NCBI GenBank assembly: GCA_964475855.1
Contig: CAYZAV010000001.1
Location: forward strand, 143,014-207,013
Source of the DNA: an uncultured Candidatus Saccharibacteria bacterium
GTDB taxonomy: Bacteria; Patescibacteriota; Minisyncoccia; Minisyncoccales; Staskawiczbacteraceae
Length of the DNA stretch: 64,000 nt
Direction of reading: 5' to 3'
Shown here: positions 34,409 to 42,604 of the stretch, piece by piece
How positions within the stretch are numbered: position 1 is the stretch's first letter
Layout: each line of letters starts with the position of its first letter
Made by a program: the position numbers and the translations under genes
The notes under the pieces: generated by a model
The model's input: the letters and a program-made list of their open reading frames with translations, nothing else
Databases searched by the model: none
What the model was told of the DNA's origin: nothing

Positions 34409-35599
34409 GTGGATAAGTGCTTGACTGGCAGGCTGGTTAGTGATACCATTAACGTAATATTAAAGTGGCTAATATTAGATACTAAATTGTCTACATTGTC
34501 TACTTTATCGGGGGGAAAATTTAACGGGGATTTGAAGCATAAACAGGGCCGGAATCCATTGGGAGGCGGCTTTTATTTTGGCCTGGCATCATTTGTGTTG
34601 TTTGGCCTTTTATTTTTCAGTTCCAATGGTTTGGCTAAGCTAACAAACCTGCAAGCCAACGATCCTGTATTTTTAACCTCGCTTGCCGGCAATGGTTCAG
34701 AGGCTGATAATGGGGATTTGTTTTTTGCCCAAACCAGGACGTATTCCCCGGAAACCCCTGATTTAAAAATTATTGAAGGCGCGTTTGTCTATGGAGTTTC
34801 AACCCCTCAAGTTTTCAATACCCAGTCATTCGGAGTAATAATCGGCGGCAGCGACCAGCCACAAGACCGCAAAGAGGTTACTGATTATGTGGTCCAGCAG
34901 GGCGATACCGTAGCCTTGGTAGCACAGGCATTTGGGATTTCAACCAATACTGTGCTTTGGGCAAACGATTTATCTAAAAATTCAACCTTAAAAGAAGGCC
35001 AGACACTGGTAATCTTGCCCACAACCGGAGTATTACACGTGGTAAAATCCGGAGATACCATCGGCCAGGTGGGAAAAACCTATACATCAGATGTCAGTGA
35101 AATTATTGCCTTTAACAATCTTACCGGAGAGGGTGATATCTTTATCGGAGATGTGTTGATTGTGCCAGGGGGAGTTGTCCCGGTAAAATTACCTTCGGTA
35201 AGCGCTACGGCGTTGGCCGACAGCTTCTTTATTTATCCAGCCGAAGGGCACATCAGCCAGGGTCTGCATTATTACAATGGCGTGGATGTTGCCAATAAAT
35301 GCGGCACACCAGTGTACGCTGCGGCAGCGGGAACGGTAAGCAGGGCGCTTGGCAAGGGAGGTTATAACGGCGGGAAGGGAAATTATATCACCATTTTACA
35401 TACCGGCGAAGTTTCCACCTATTATGGTCATTTGATGAGCCTGTTTGTAAAACCTGGTGACACGGTAAATGTGGGAGACCGGATCGGGTTAATGGGTCAA
35501 ACCGGCCAAGCCACCGGCTGTCACGTGCATTTCCAGGTTATGGGAGCAAAAAATCCATTGGCAAAGTTTTCCGTAGGGACGGCATTGCAGTATAAATAA
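34409..35599 (+). CDS. LysM (two copies) + M23 peptidase, membrane-anchored
   Basis: Two LysM repeats (VVQQGDTVALVAQAFGIS..., VVKSGDTIGQVGKTYTS...) and an M23 motif (GVDVA...GNYITILH...GCHVHFQV). The start is uncertain: there is no in-frame ATG before the TM segment, and GTG 34409 or TTG 34532 are both possible. Confidence 0.75.
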   Translation: MDKCLTGRLVSDTINVILKWLILDTKLSTLSTLSGGKFNGDLKHKQGRNPLGGGFYFGLASFVLFGLLFFSSNGLAKLTNLQANDPVFLTSLAGNGSEADNGDLFFAQTRTYSPETPDLKIIEGAFVYGVSTPQVFNTQSFGVIIGGSDQPQDRKEVTDYVVQQGDTVALVAQAFGISTNTVLWANDLSKNSTLKEGQTLVILPTTGVLHVVKSGDTIGQVGKTYTSDVSEIIAFNNLTGEGDIFIGDVLIVPGGVVPVKLPSVSATALADSFFIYPAEGHISQGLHYYNGVDVANKCGTPVYAAAAGTVSRALGKGGYNGGKGNYITILHTGEVSTYYGHLMSLFVKPGDTVNVGDRIGLMGQTGQATGCHVHFQVMGAKNPLAKFSVGTALQYK

Positions 35600-35612
35600 T
35601 TGTGTAGGGCGC

Positions 35613-35645
35613 AAAAAAAACTCCGGAAGCACCGGAGTTTTTTTG
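35613..35645. terminator. Bidirectional terminator
   Basis: A8-CTCCGG-AAGCA-CCGGAG-T7. Confidence 0.8.
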
Positions 35646-35663
35646 CCTTACTGGGAGAACGGG

Positions 35664-35978
35664 TTACTCTGTAGCTTTATTGGCTTTTGCCATCAGATAA
35701 GTTGCTATTACATCGGCGGTACTAACTGGTAAGGTTGAAAAGATGCCTTCAAGAAAAACATCTAAGCCGCTTATTAAAAATATGTTGCTACGCTTAAACC
35801 CTTTGAACCATTTATATGCAAAAAATGCTCCTGCAAATGGCCAGCTGAAAATCAGCCCTATATGCGGTATTATAGAAAAAATATCGCAGAGAATAGCAAT
35901 GATAAGCCATATAAAAAAGGCTAAAAGTCCAAATGTTTCCGGGGCGGGCTGGGCTATTTCTTCTTGTTCGGTTTGCAT
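35664..35978 (-). CDS. Small hypothetical membrane protein
   Basis: 104 aa, three predicted hydrophobic helices. Confidence 0.5.
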   Translation of the reverse strand: MQTEQEEIAQPAPETFGLLAFFIWLIIAILCDIFSIIPHIGLIFSWPFAGAFFAYKWFKGFKRSNIFLISGLDVFLEGIFSTLPVSTADVIATYLMAKANKATE

Positions 35979-35983
35979 ATTTT

Positions 35984-37507
35984 TTAGTTTTTTATGCGAT
36001 ACATCAATGCCTCGGCAATATGATCGTGTTGGATATTGTTAGAAAGTGCCAAATCGGCAATGGTCCGGGCAACTTTCAAGATGCGGTGGTATCCCCTGGC
36101 GGACAGTTTGCCCGAATCAATATATTTTTTAAGCAGCGCCCCTGATGTTTCATTATACCCGCAGTATTTTTTTATCTGTGGGATGCCCATTTCCGCGTTC
36201 ACTAATATGTGATCATTGGCAAAACGGTGGGTTTGCATGTTCCGCGCGGCGGCAATGCGTTCTTTTACTTGGTTGCTTTGGTTTTCTCCGGCGTCCGTAG
36301 TTAGTTTTTCATATTTTACCGCTGGTACTTCAATGAAAATATCAATTCGGTCCATTAGGGGGCCTGACAGCTTGCGCTTATACATGGTAATGGCGCCTTG
36401 AGCGCAGGTGCAAGGTTTTTCCGGACTGTTTAAAAAGCCACAGGGGCAGGGGTTGGAAGCCCCTACTAGCATAAACCGGCAGGGAAAGGTAAAGGTGTGC
36501 CGGGCCCGCGAAACAGTTATTTTTCCCTCTTCAATAGGTTGACGCAGTGATTCCAAGACATCACGGTGGAATTCCGGAAATTCATCTAAAAATAGCACTC
36601 CCCGGTGGGCTAGCGTAATTTCTCCCGGCCGCGGCGGACTACCTCCGCCAATCAGTGCCACATCGCTGGAAACATGATGGGGAGCCCGAAACGGCCGTGC
36701 CTGCATTAACGGTTTGTTCTCGGGTAATAATCCGGCAACACTATAAATTTTAGTAACCTCCAGAGATTCTTCAAAGGTCAGTGCGGGCAAGATGGAAGGC
36801 AAGGATTTTGCCAGCAAACTTTTACCTCCTCCTGGCGGCCCGGAGAAAAATAAATTATGCCCGCCGGCAGCTGTGATTTCCAGGGCTCGCTTGGCATATT
36901 CTTGGCCTTTGACCCAACTAATATCAATCAGAGTCTCATTAGCTTGTGATGTTTGGTCTGTGGGCTGTAATAAAAAGGGGGCAATGCGTTTTTTGTTTTC
37001 CAGATGGGCCAGGGTTTCGGCCAGTGTTTGCACGCCAATCACGTCCACATCTTTGATGAGCGCCGCCTCGGCCGCATTTTGCAGGGGCAAGATAATTTCT
37101 TTGATGCCGTGGCTGCGTGCCAGCAAAGCAAATGAAAGCGCCCCTTTGATGGGCCGTAGCTTGCCATCCAGCGCAAGTTCTCCCAGACAAATCTTCCCAT
37201 CAGAAACAAAATTAGTCTGTTTTGAGGCAATTAAAAAAGCCAAGGCGATTGGCAAATCATACAGCGAACCCTCTTTTTTCAAATCAGCCGGGGCAAGGTT
37301 GACTAAAATCCGGAACGTCCGAGTGTGGGGTGATAATAATTTGGCGGATTTGATGGCTGATTCTATCCGTTCTTTTGATTCTTCTACCGCTTTGTCGGGC
37401 AAACCCACAATGGAAAACGACCGCAATCCATGCGAAACATCAACTTCCACTTCAACTAGCTTGGCGTCCAAGCCCGTGATGGCCGCCGAAAAAACTTTGC
37501 TTGGCAT
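35984..37507 (-). CDS. YifB/ComM-family Mg-chelatase-like AAA ATPase
   Basis: N-terminal Lon-protease-like domain, GPPGGGKS, VLFLDEFPEF. Confidence 0.85.
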   Translation of the reverse strand: MPSKVFSAAITGLDAKLVEVEVDVSHGLRSFSIVGLPDKAVEESKERIESAIKSAKLLSPHTRTFRILVNLAPADLKKEGSLYDLPIALAFLIASKQTNFVSDGKICLGELALDGKLRPIKGALSFALLARSHGIKEIILPLQNAAEAALIKDVDVIGVQTLAETLAHLENKKRIAPFLLQPTDQTSQANETLIDISWVKGQEYAKRALEITAAGGHNLFFSGPPGGGKSLLAKSLPSILPALTFEESLEVTKIYSVAGLLPENKPLMQARPFRAPHHVSSDVALIGGGSPPRPGEITLAHRGVLFLDEFPEFHRDVLESLRQPIEEGKITVSRARHTFTFPCRFMLVGASNPCPCGFLNSPEKPCTCAQGAITMYKRKLSGPLMDRIDIFIEVPAVKYEKLTTDAGENQSNQVKERIAAARNMQTHRFANDHILVNAEMGIPQIKKYCGYNETSGALLKKYIDSGKLSARGYHRILKVARTIADLALSNNIQHDHIAEALMYRIKN

Positions 37508-37522
37508 ATACCCATATTCCTA

Positions 37523-37879
37523 TTACTTATTGCAGTCCATGCACAGCCTTGCTTCTGGGCAGACCATTAGTCGGTCTTCGTTGATTCCCTTGTCACACTT
37601 TTCGCACGTTCCGTAATTTCCCGCTGTCATTTTTTCCAGGGCATGGTTTACGTCTTTAAGTTTTAATTCAAGACTGTGTTCCAGGCTCAGTAAATTATCG
37701 TATTCCTGCATCTCGCCGGCTTTTTCCTCCATATCGGTGTCATCAGCTTTGACCGGTTTTACATCCCAATTGTCTTTGACGTTTTTATCGCGTTCGGCAA
37801 AACTTTCCAATTCTTTTTCCAGGGAAGATTTTTCTTCCTGTAATTTTGCAGTTATTGTTTTGATAAATTCTTTATTCAC
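37523..37879 (-). CDS. TraR/DksA-family C4 zinc-finger protein
   Basis: CEKCDKGI...LCMDCNK after a coiled coil. Confidence 0.7.
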   Translation of the reverse strand: MNKEFIKTITAKLQEEKSSLEKELESFAERDKNVKDNWDVKPVKADDTDMEEKAGEMQEYDNLLSLEHSLELKLKDVNHALEKMTAGNYGTCEKCDKGINEDRLMVCPEARLCMDCNK

Positions 37880-37900
37880 GGTAATTCAATAGTTAAATAG

Positions 37901-38521
37901 TTAATTTGCATTTGCCCATTTTTCAATGTCCTCCATAAATTTACGGCGTTGTTCGTTTTCCGCCGTGGCCGTTTCCATGAGTTTTTCCCTTGGCGGCGTA
38001 GTAGGTTGGGCGGGCTTTGGCGGCGCCTCTGCCTCTATTTTTTTTACTCCTTCACTAAGGGAAGCAACACTGGCGGTAATTTCCTCTTTTTTCTGCGAAA
38101 GTTCGGTACGCTTCGCCTCAACATTGACGATGTTTTTTTGGACATCAGCCAATTTTTTCTCAACCATCCAACGCTGTTTTTCCAGTGTTTCTTTTTTGAT
38201 TTCGTCAGGTTCTTTTTCCTGGCGGTCAATTACGCTTGATAGTGATTGCTCTAATTGTTTTTGTTTAGCCGGATTGTTGCTTGGCATGACAACCTTATCA
38301 ACCTCTTTTTCCACTGCCTTAAGTTCGTTTTCCAAGGTTGATTTTTGTTTTTCCATCAGGAAAATCTGTTGCTTTTGGGCTTCGGGGTCTTTTTTCACCG
38401 TTCCCAAATCCAATATTTTCCGGCTCTCCTTGGTCGCATCAGCTTCCCGGAGCCTGGCCAGGTCCTTTTTCATCGTCCGAATAGCCGTTTTTTGGATGGT
38501 TTCCTGTTGGTCAATAGCCAT
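37901..38521 (-). CDS. Hypothetical K/E-rich coiled-coil protein
   Basis: 206 aa; no family recognised. Confidence 0.5.
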   Translation of the reverse strand: MAIDQQETIQKTAIRTMKKDLARLREADATKESRKILDLGTVKKDPEAQKQQIFLMEKQKSTLENELKAVEKEVDKVVMPSNNPAKQKQLEQSLSSVIDRQEKEPDEIKKETLEKQRWMVEKKLADVQKNIVNVEAKRTELSQKKEEITASVASLSEGVKKIEAEAPPKPAQPTTPPREKLMETATAENEQRRKFMEDIEKWANAN

Positions 38522-38526
38522 ACTAC

Positions 38527-38595
38527 TAGTAATCAGTAACAGGTAATCAGTAATTAGTAAATTCTTTTTACCAGTTACTCGCTACCAGTTACTTT
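38527..38595. repeat. Oligo-repeat hairpin (CAGTAAC / GGTAA units) filling the pnp to downstream-gene spacer
   Basis: AGTAACAGGTAATCAGTAA pairs imperfectly with TTACCAGTTACTCGCTACCAGTTACT. Confidence 0.4.
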
Positions 38596-40712
38596 TTTGT
38601 TTTTGGCGTAAATCCCGCGTCTTTGGCAGATAAATTAATCCTACCTAAGTCATCAATACCCATAACGATAACCGGGATGGTTTCACCTTCCTTGACCACT
38701 TCCTGCACATTTTTTATTTGGTACGATACAAATTTGGAGATGTGCACCAATCCTGATTGCCCGGGCAAAATATCCACAAATGCCCCAAAGTCCATGATTT
38801 TGCGTACCACGCCTTCAAATTTTTCCCCTACAGCCACCTCGCGCACCATACTGCTGATTCTGGCTGCGCAGGCATCCACACCCGCCTGGCTTTGGCCGGT
38901 AATAAATACGAGGCCCGAATCCTCGATGGAAATGCTTACGTCAAATTCGTCAATCATCTTATTGATGACGCTGCCCTTTGGCCCAACCACCTCTCCGATC
39001 CTGGCCGGGTTGATCATCATAGAATGTATCTTTGGCGCATACGGCGAAAGCTGTTTGCGCGGCTCAGCAATTCCCTCCTTTATTATATCAAGAATTTTCA
39101 ATCTTGCATCTTTTGCGCGGCGCAAAGCTTCCTGCATGATTTCGGCGCTAATGCCATCAATTTTAATGTCCATCTGGATGGCAGTAATGCCATTTTTGGT
39201 ACCGGCCACTTTAAAGTCCATGTCACCAAAATGGTCTTCTGGACCCTGAATATCGGTCAAAACCACATGCTTTCCTGAAACCTCGTCTTTGGCGAGACCA
39301 ATGGAAATTCCAGCCACGGGTTCTAAAATAGGCACGCCGGCGTCCATTAAGGCAATGGTTGCCGCGCATACCGAAGCCATGGAAGTGGATCCATTACTAC
39401 TTAAAGCTTCAGACACAATTCTGATAGTATATGGGAAAACGGCCGGATCAGGAATAACTGGTAGTAATGCCTTTTCAGCCAAATGTCCGTGCCCGATTTC
39501 ACGCCGTTTTGGTCCGCGCATTGGTGCAGTTTCCCCGGTGGAATATGGCGGAAAATTATAGTGGTGCATAAAGCGTTTTTTGCCAACCACTTCCATGCCT
39601 TCCAAAATTTGCTGGTCATCCGGGCCGCCGAGGGTCAGGATAGACAAAATTTTGGTCATGCCTCGGTGGAAAACACCAGATCCATGCGTGCGTGGCAACA
39701 CGGCCACTTCAGCCCACAATGCCCTGATTTCATGGTCTTTTCTGCCATCGGGCCGTTGGTTTTTTTCAATGATGTTATGGATGATAATCCGTTCCATTTC
39801 TTTTTCAAAAAATGGCAGTACCTGCTTTTCCTTGCCGGTATCGGGATATTTTTCTTTGATATAGGTAGTTAATTCGGTGCGCAATTCTTCGGCCGGGCCT
39901 AAGTTCTTTTCCCCTGGCGCAGCGTTGGTGATGGCTTTTTCCAACCGGTCACCCAAAAACGCCTTGATGTCAGTTTCAATATCAGAATGCACTGCTGGTT
40001 GAAATGTTTCTTTTTCGCGGCCCACCTTGGCAATGATGTTTTTCTGGAAATCAATGATTTGTTGCAATGTTTCCTGTGCAAATTCCACCGCAGCCATGAC
40101 ATCGTCTTCGGCTACCTGCTTGGCTCCCATTTCAATCATGTTGATCAATACTTTGCTGTCTTTCAAAATGGCGGTAAACGTCAAATCCATGTCGCCTTCA
40201 GCACGTTCTTTGTATGTTGGATTGATAATAAAATTTCCGCCCACGCGCCCGATGCGTACCGCCCCCAATGGCCCATTCCAGGGGATTTGCGACATTCCGA
40301 GGGCTATGGAAGCGCCAACCATGGCGGCAATGTCTGGGTCGTTTTCCTGGTCCCAAGTCAAACAGGTAATAATCACCTGCACTTCTTTTTTGAAATCTTT
40401 TGGGAATAATGGCCGTACTGCCCGGTCAATCATTCGGCTGGTTAAAACCGCCTCGTCCGTTGGCCGGCTTTCGCGCTTTAAAAAGCGACTGCCATAAATT
40501 TTCCCGGCAGCATAAAACTTTTCCTCGTACTCCACCATTAGCGGGAAAAAATCTTTCCCCTCAACACTATTTTGCGAAAGTGTGGCGTTGGCGATAACCT
40601 CGGTTTCGCCATACTGCACTACGCATGATCCACTTGCCTGTACCGCCCATTCGGGAAACTTCACCTTCAGTTTTTTCCCGCCCACCATAAGCTCAAATGC
40701 TTCTTTTTTCAT
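38589..40712 (-). CDS. pnp: Polyribonucleotide nucleotidyltransferase
   Basis: 707 aa: two RNase PH domains, KH and S1 (GVVRKIMDFGAFVDI). Confidence 0.95.
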   Translation of the reverse strand: MKKEAFELMVGGKKLKVKFPEWAVQASGSCVVQYGETEVIANATLSQNSVEGKDFFPLMVEYEEKFYAAGKIYGSRFLKRESRPTDEAVLTSRMIDRAVRPLFPKDFKKEVQVIITCLTWDQENDPDIAAMVGASIALGMSQIPWNGPLGAVRIGRVGGNFIINPTYKERAEGDMDLTFTAILKDSKVLINMIEMGAKQVAEDDVMAAVEFAQETLQQIIDFQKNIIAKVGREKETFQPAVHSDIETDIKAFLGDRLEKAITNAAPGEKNLGPAEELRTELTTYIKEKYPDTGKEKQVLPFFEKEMERIIIHNIIEKNQRPDGRKDHEIRALWAEVAVLPRTHGSGVFHRGMTKILSILTLGGPDDQQILEGMEVVGKKRFMHHYNFPPYSTGETAPMRGPKRREIGHGHLAEKALLPVIPDPAVFPYTIRIVSEALSSNGSTSMASVCAATIALMDAGVPILEPVAGISIGLAKDEVSGKHVVLTDIQGPEDHFGDMDFKVAGTKNGITAIQMDIKIDGISAEIMQEALRRAKDARLKILDIIKEGIAEPRKQLSPYAPKIHSMMINPARIGEVVGPKGSVINKMIDEFDVSISIEDSGLVFITGQSQAGVDACAARISSMVREVAVGEKFEGVVRKIMDFGAFVDILPGQSGLVHISKFVSYQIKNVQEVVKEGETIPVIVMGIDDLGRINLSAKDAGFTPKTKK

Positions 40713-40722
40713 TATTTTTTGC

Positions 40723-40822
40723 AGCGATCCGAATAACCCGAATCTTCATCCGAATAACCCGAATAATCCTGCCGCCCAGCGGATTCGGAACATTCGGATG
40801 CTATCCGTAAATTAGGATCGCT
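40723..40822. repeat. Cargo-less hairpin with the same termini as cassette A
   Basis: Starts AGCGATCC and ends GGATCGCT. The reverse complement of the right arm is AGCGATCCTAATTTACGgatagCATCCGAATG, against cassette A AGCGATCCTAATTTACGaattaCATCCGAATG. Confidence 0.7.
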
Positions 40823-40827
40823 ATTAA

Positions 40828-41328
40828 TTATTTTTTTAACAAAAACTTTTCATTCCCGTCCAGATCAATAAACTCGTCTGCCACTTCAATTAATTTTCCT
40901 GAAGTGGTTTTGCCAAACGCCAATATTTCCACGCGCTTGCCCTGGTTTTTTAAGTATTCTACTAGTGGAATAAAGTCGCCATCGCCAGAACAAAGTACAA
41001 TAACATCTAAACCGGGCGATGTACGGATAGCATCAATAACAATACCCACGTCCCAATCAGCTTTTTTGGCGCCGCCATAAAATTCCTGCAAATCGCGTAC
41101 CCGGGTTTCAATGCCTAGCTTGCTTAATGCATCAAAAAACGGCTTTTCTTCGCCGGTTTTTGTGCGCACCACGTATCCAAACGCCCGGATGAATTTACGT
41201 CCCGCCACCGCGGCCTTGAGTACTTCAGCAAAATTAACCTTTGACTGGTACAAATTCCGCGCCGAATAATACAAATTCTGCACATCAATCAGGACTTCGA
41301 CCCTTTGTTCTTTTGATTTAGTTAGCAT
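40828..41328 (-). CDS. NYN-domain (LabA-like) protein
   Basis: LIDVQNLYYSARN...VLCSGDGDFIPLVEYLKNQGKRVEILAF. Confidence 0.7.
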   Translation of the reverse strand: MLTKSKEQRVEVLIDVQNLYYSARNLYQSKVNFAEVLKAAVAGRKFIRAFGYVVRTKTGEEKPFFDALSKLGIETRVRDLQEFYGGAKKADWDVGIVIDAIRTSPGLDVIVLCSGDGDFIPLVEYLKNQGKRVEILAFGKTTSGKLIEVADEFIDLDGNEKFLLKK

Positions 41329-41331
41329 ACA

Positions 41332-41429
41332 ATAGTTTTTAGTTGATAGTTATTAGTTTTGGTTTTGCAGTTTCTAGTTTTAACTGTTAACAAAGTAACT
41401 AAAACTAATTACCAATAACTATTAACTAT
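41332..41429. repeat. Oligo-repeat hairpin, TAGTT family
   Basis: The left half TAGTTTTTAGTTGATAGTTATTAGTTTTGGTTTTG is inverted in the right half. The same sequence family occurs at 53139-53240. Confidence 0.55.
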
Positions 41430-41692
41430 TTTTTCAGGCCGATCTTTTTAATGACATCCTTGTAGCGTGCTTCGTCTTCCTTCATTAAATAGGCCAATAA
41501 TTTCTTCCTTTTTACTACCATGCGCAATAGTCCGCGCTTAGAGTGCAAATCTTTTGGGTGGTCTTTTAAATGCAAAATCAGGGCATCCATTTCTTCTGAA
41601 AGCAGCCCAATTTGCACATCGGCAGAACCGGTGTCTTTTTCGTTAATGGCGTGCGCTTTGACAATCTTTACCTTCTTCTCTTTTTTTAACAT
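41426..41692 (-). CDS. rpsO: 30S ribosomal protein S15
   Basis: TGSADVQIGLLSEEMDALILHLKDHPKDLHSKRGLL. Confidence 0.9.
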   Translation of the reverse strand: MLKKEKKVKIVKAHAINEKDTGSADVQIGLLSEEMDALILHLKDHPKDLHSKRGLLRMVVKRKKLLAYLMKEDEARYKDVIKKIGLKK

Positions 41693-41842
41693 TGTTGATA
41701 TAAAACCAGCTTCCGGCTGGCCTGTTAGATAATGGGCTAAGTATAGTATGTTTTTTTATATTTGTAAAGTGTCGCGTAATAATTTATAAAATAAATTAAA
41801 CGCGACTACAACGTAAAATTTGCTTTGCAAATTTGTTCGTTG

Positions 41843-41915
41843 TGCTCCCAGTTGGATTCGAACCAACGACCTTATCCTTAAGAGGGATTTGCTCTACCAG
41901 CTGAGCTATGGGAGC
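41843..41915 (-). tRNA. tRNA-Lys (anticodon CUU), no encoded CCA
   Basis: Hand-folded cloverleaf: acceptor GCTCCCA/TGGGAGC, D arm GCTC-AGCTGGTA-GAGC, anticodon loop CT-CTT-AA, T arm GTTGG-TTCGAAT-CCAAC. Confidence 0.9.
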
Positions 41916-41928
41916 GCGGGGTTTGCGT

Positions 41929-42387
41929 TTAAAACGAACTCCAGGCGCCAGTGTACCCTATCAACATTAACACAATGCTGATGAACAGCCAAGAGCCGAA
42001 GATGAACATCAGGGCAATAACAGATCCCCAGAGCATGGTTTTACCCATGTCGTAATATTTGGGTGCGGCGCCCGAAACCATAATTAAAATGCCTCCGGTC
42101 ACAATCAACAAACCCGCCAATGGCACAGAAATGGTCCAAACGATAAAGTTGTATATGCGTAGCGCCATCACAAAAATATCAGCCATTTCACATCGGCAAT
42201 CAGGGTATTGGCCACAGGGTACCAGCGAGCCGGCGGTGTCGGGGTGGACATAGTTTATACCGGTCGGGTCAGGCGGAGGGGGAAACACATGCGGCACATC
42301 GCACTCAACGGCACGGACCGGTAGTGAAAAAGAAAGCAAAGACAAAGCCAGGAATGAAAGAAGGGTTATGGAAAAAAGTTTCTTCAT
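41929..42387 (-). CDS. Orphan T4SS pilin-like (VirB2/TrbC-type) protein
   Basis: Signal peptide (VRA-VE), a four-Cys segment with LVPCG, and two TM helices joined by SGAAPKYYDMGKTMLWGS. The architecture parallels the N-terminus of 24837..26396. Confidence 0.5.
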   Translation of the reverse strand: MKKLFSITLLSFLALSLLSFSLPVRAVECDVPHVFPPPPDPTGINYVHPDTAGSLVPCGQYPDCRCEMADIFVMALRIYNFIVWTISVPLAGLLIVTGGILIMVSGAAPKYYDMGKTMLWGSVIALMFIFGSWLFISIVLMLIGYTGAWSSF

Positions 42388-42391
42388 AAAA

Positions 42392-42470
42392 GTTTACCCT
42401 GAGCGAAGTCGAAGAGTTTACACTGAGCGAGCGTAGCGAAGTCGAAGCGTTTACACTGAGCCTGTCGAAG
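42392..42470. repeat. Three tandem units GTTTAC(A/C)CTGAGC...GTCGAAG
   Basis: Units at 42392-42414, 42416-42446 (with an 8-nt internal duplication) and 42448-42470. The array abuts the tRNA-Arg 3' end. Confidence 0.8.
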
Positions 42471-42472
42471 TG

Positions 42473-42544
42473 TGCTCCCGGAGGGATTCGAACCCCCAAT
42501 AACAGGTTCGAAGCCTGTCGTGATATCCGTTTCACCACGGGAGC
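42473..42544 (-). tRNA. tRNA-Arg (anticodon UCG), no encoded CCA
   Basis: Hand-folded: acceptor GCTCCCG/CGGGAGC, D arm GTGA-AACGGATA-TCAC, anticodon stem ACAGG/CCTGT with loop CT-TCG-AA, T arm GGGGG-TTCGAAT-CCCTC. Confidence 0.9.
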
Positions 42545-42604
42545 AGTTTTGCTAATCATACATAAAAAATTGAAATTAATCAATTTTGGGGATAAGATGG
42601 TGGT

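Noticed and set aside
34487-34506. Tandem ATTGTCTAC x2 inside the annotated 5' end of the LysM/M23 gene, as a possible further in-frame footprint.
   Set aside because: The true start codon of this gene is uncertain because there is no in-frame ATG. The repeat probably lies in the 5' leader rather than in coding sequence, and two units are too few to interpret.
36792-38546. Long + strand ORFs (274 aa at 36792..37616 and 206 aa at 37926..38546).
   Set aside because: They are antisense to the YifB-type ATPase and to the K/E-rich protein. Their translations are low-complexity S/A/F-rich shadows.
42392-42470. Possible CRISPR array (direct repeats next to tRNA-Arg).
   Set aside because: There are only three contiguous units with no unique spacers between them, unit length is 23-31 nt, and there are no cas genes. 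It is a simple tandem repeat.
42305-42583. 92-aa minus-strand ORF.
   Set aside because: It runs through tRNA-Arg and the tandem-repeat array, so it is an artefact of ORF calling.
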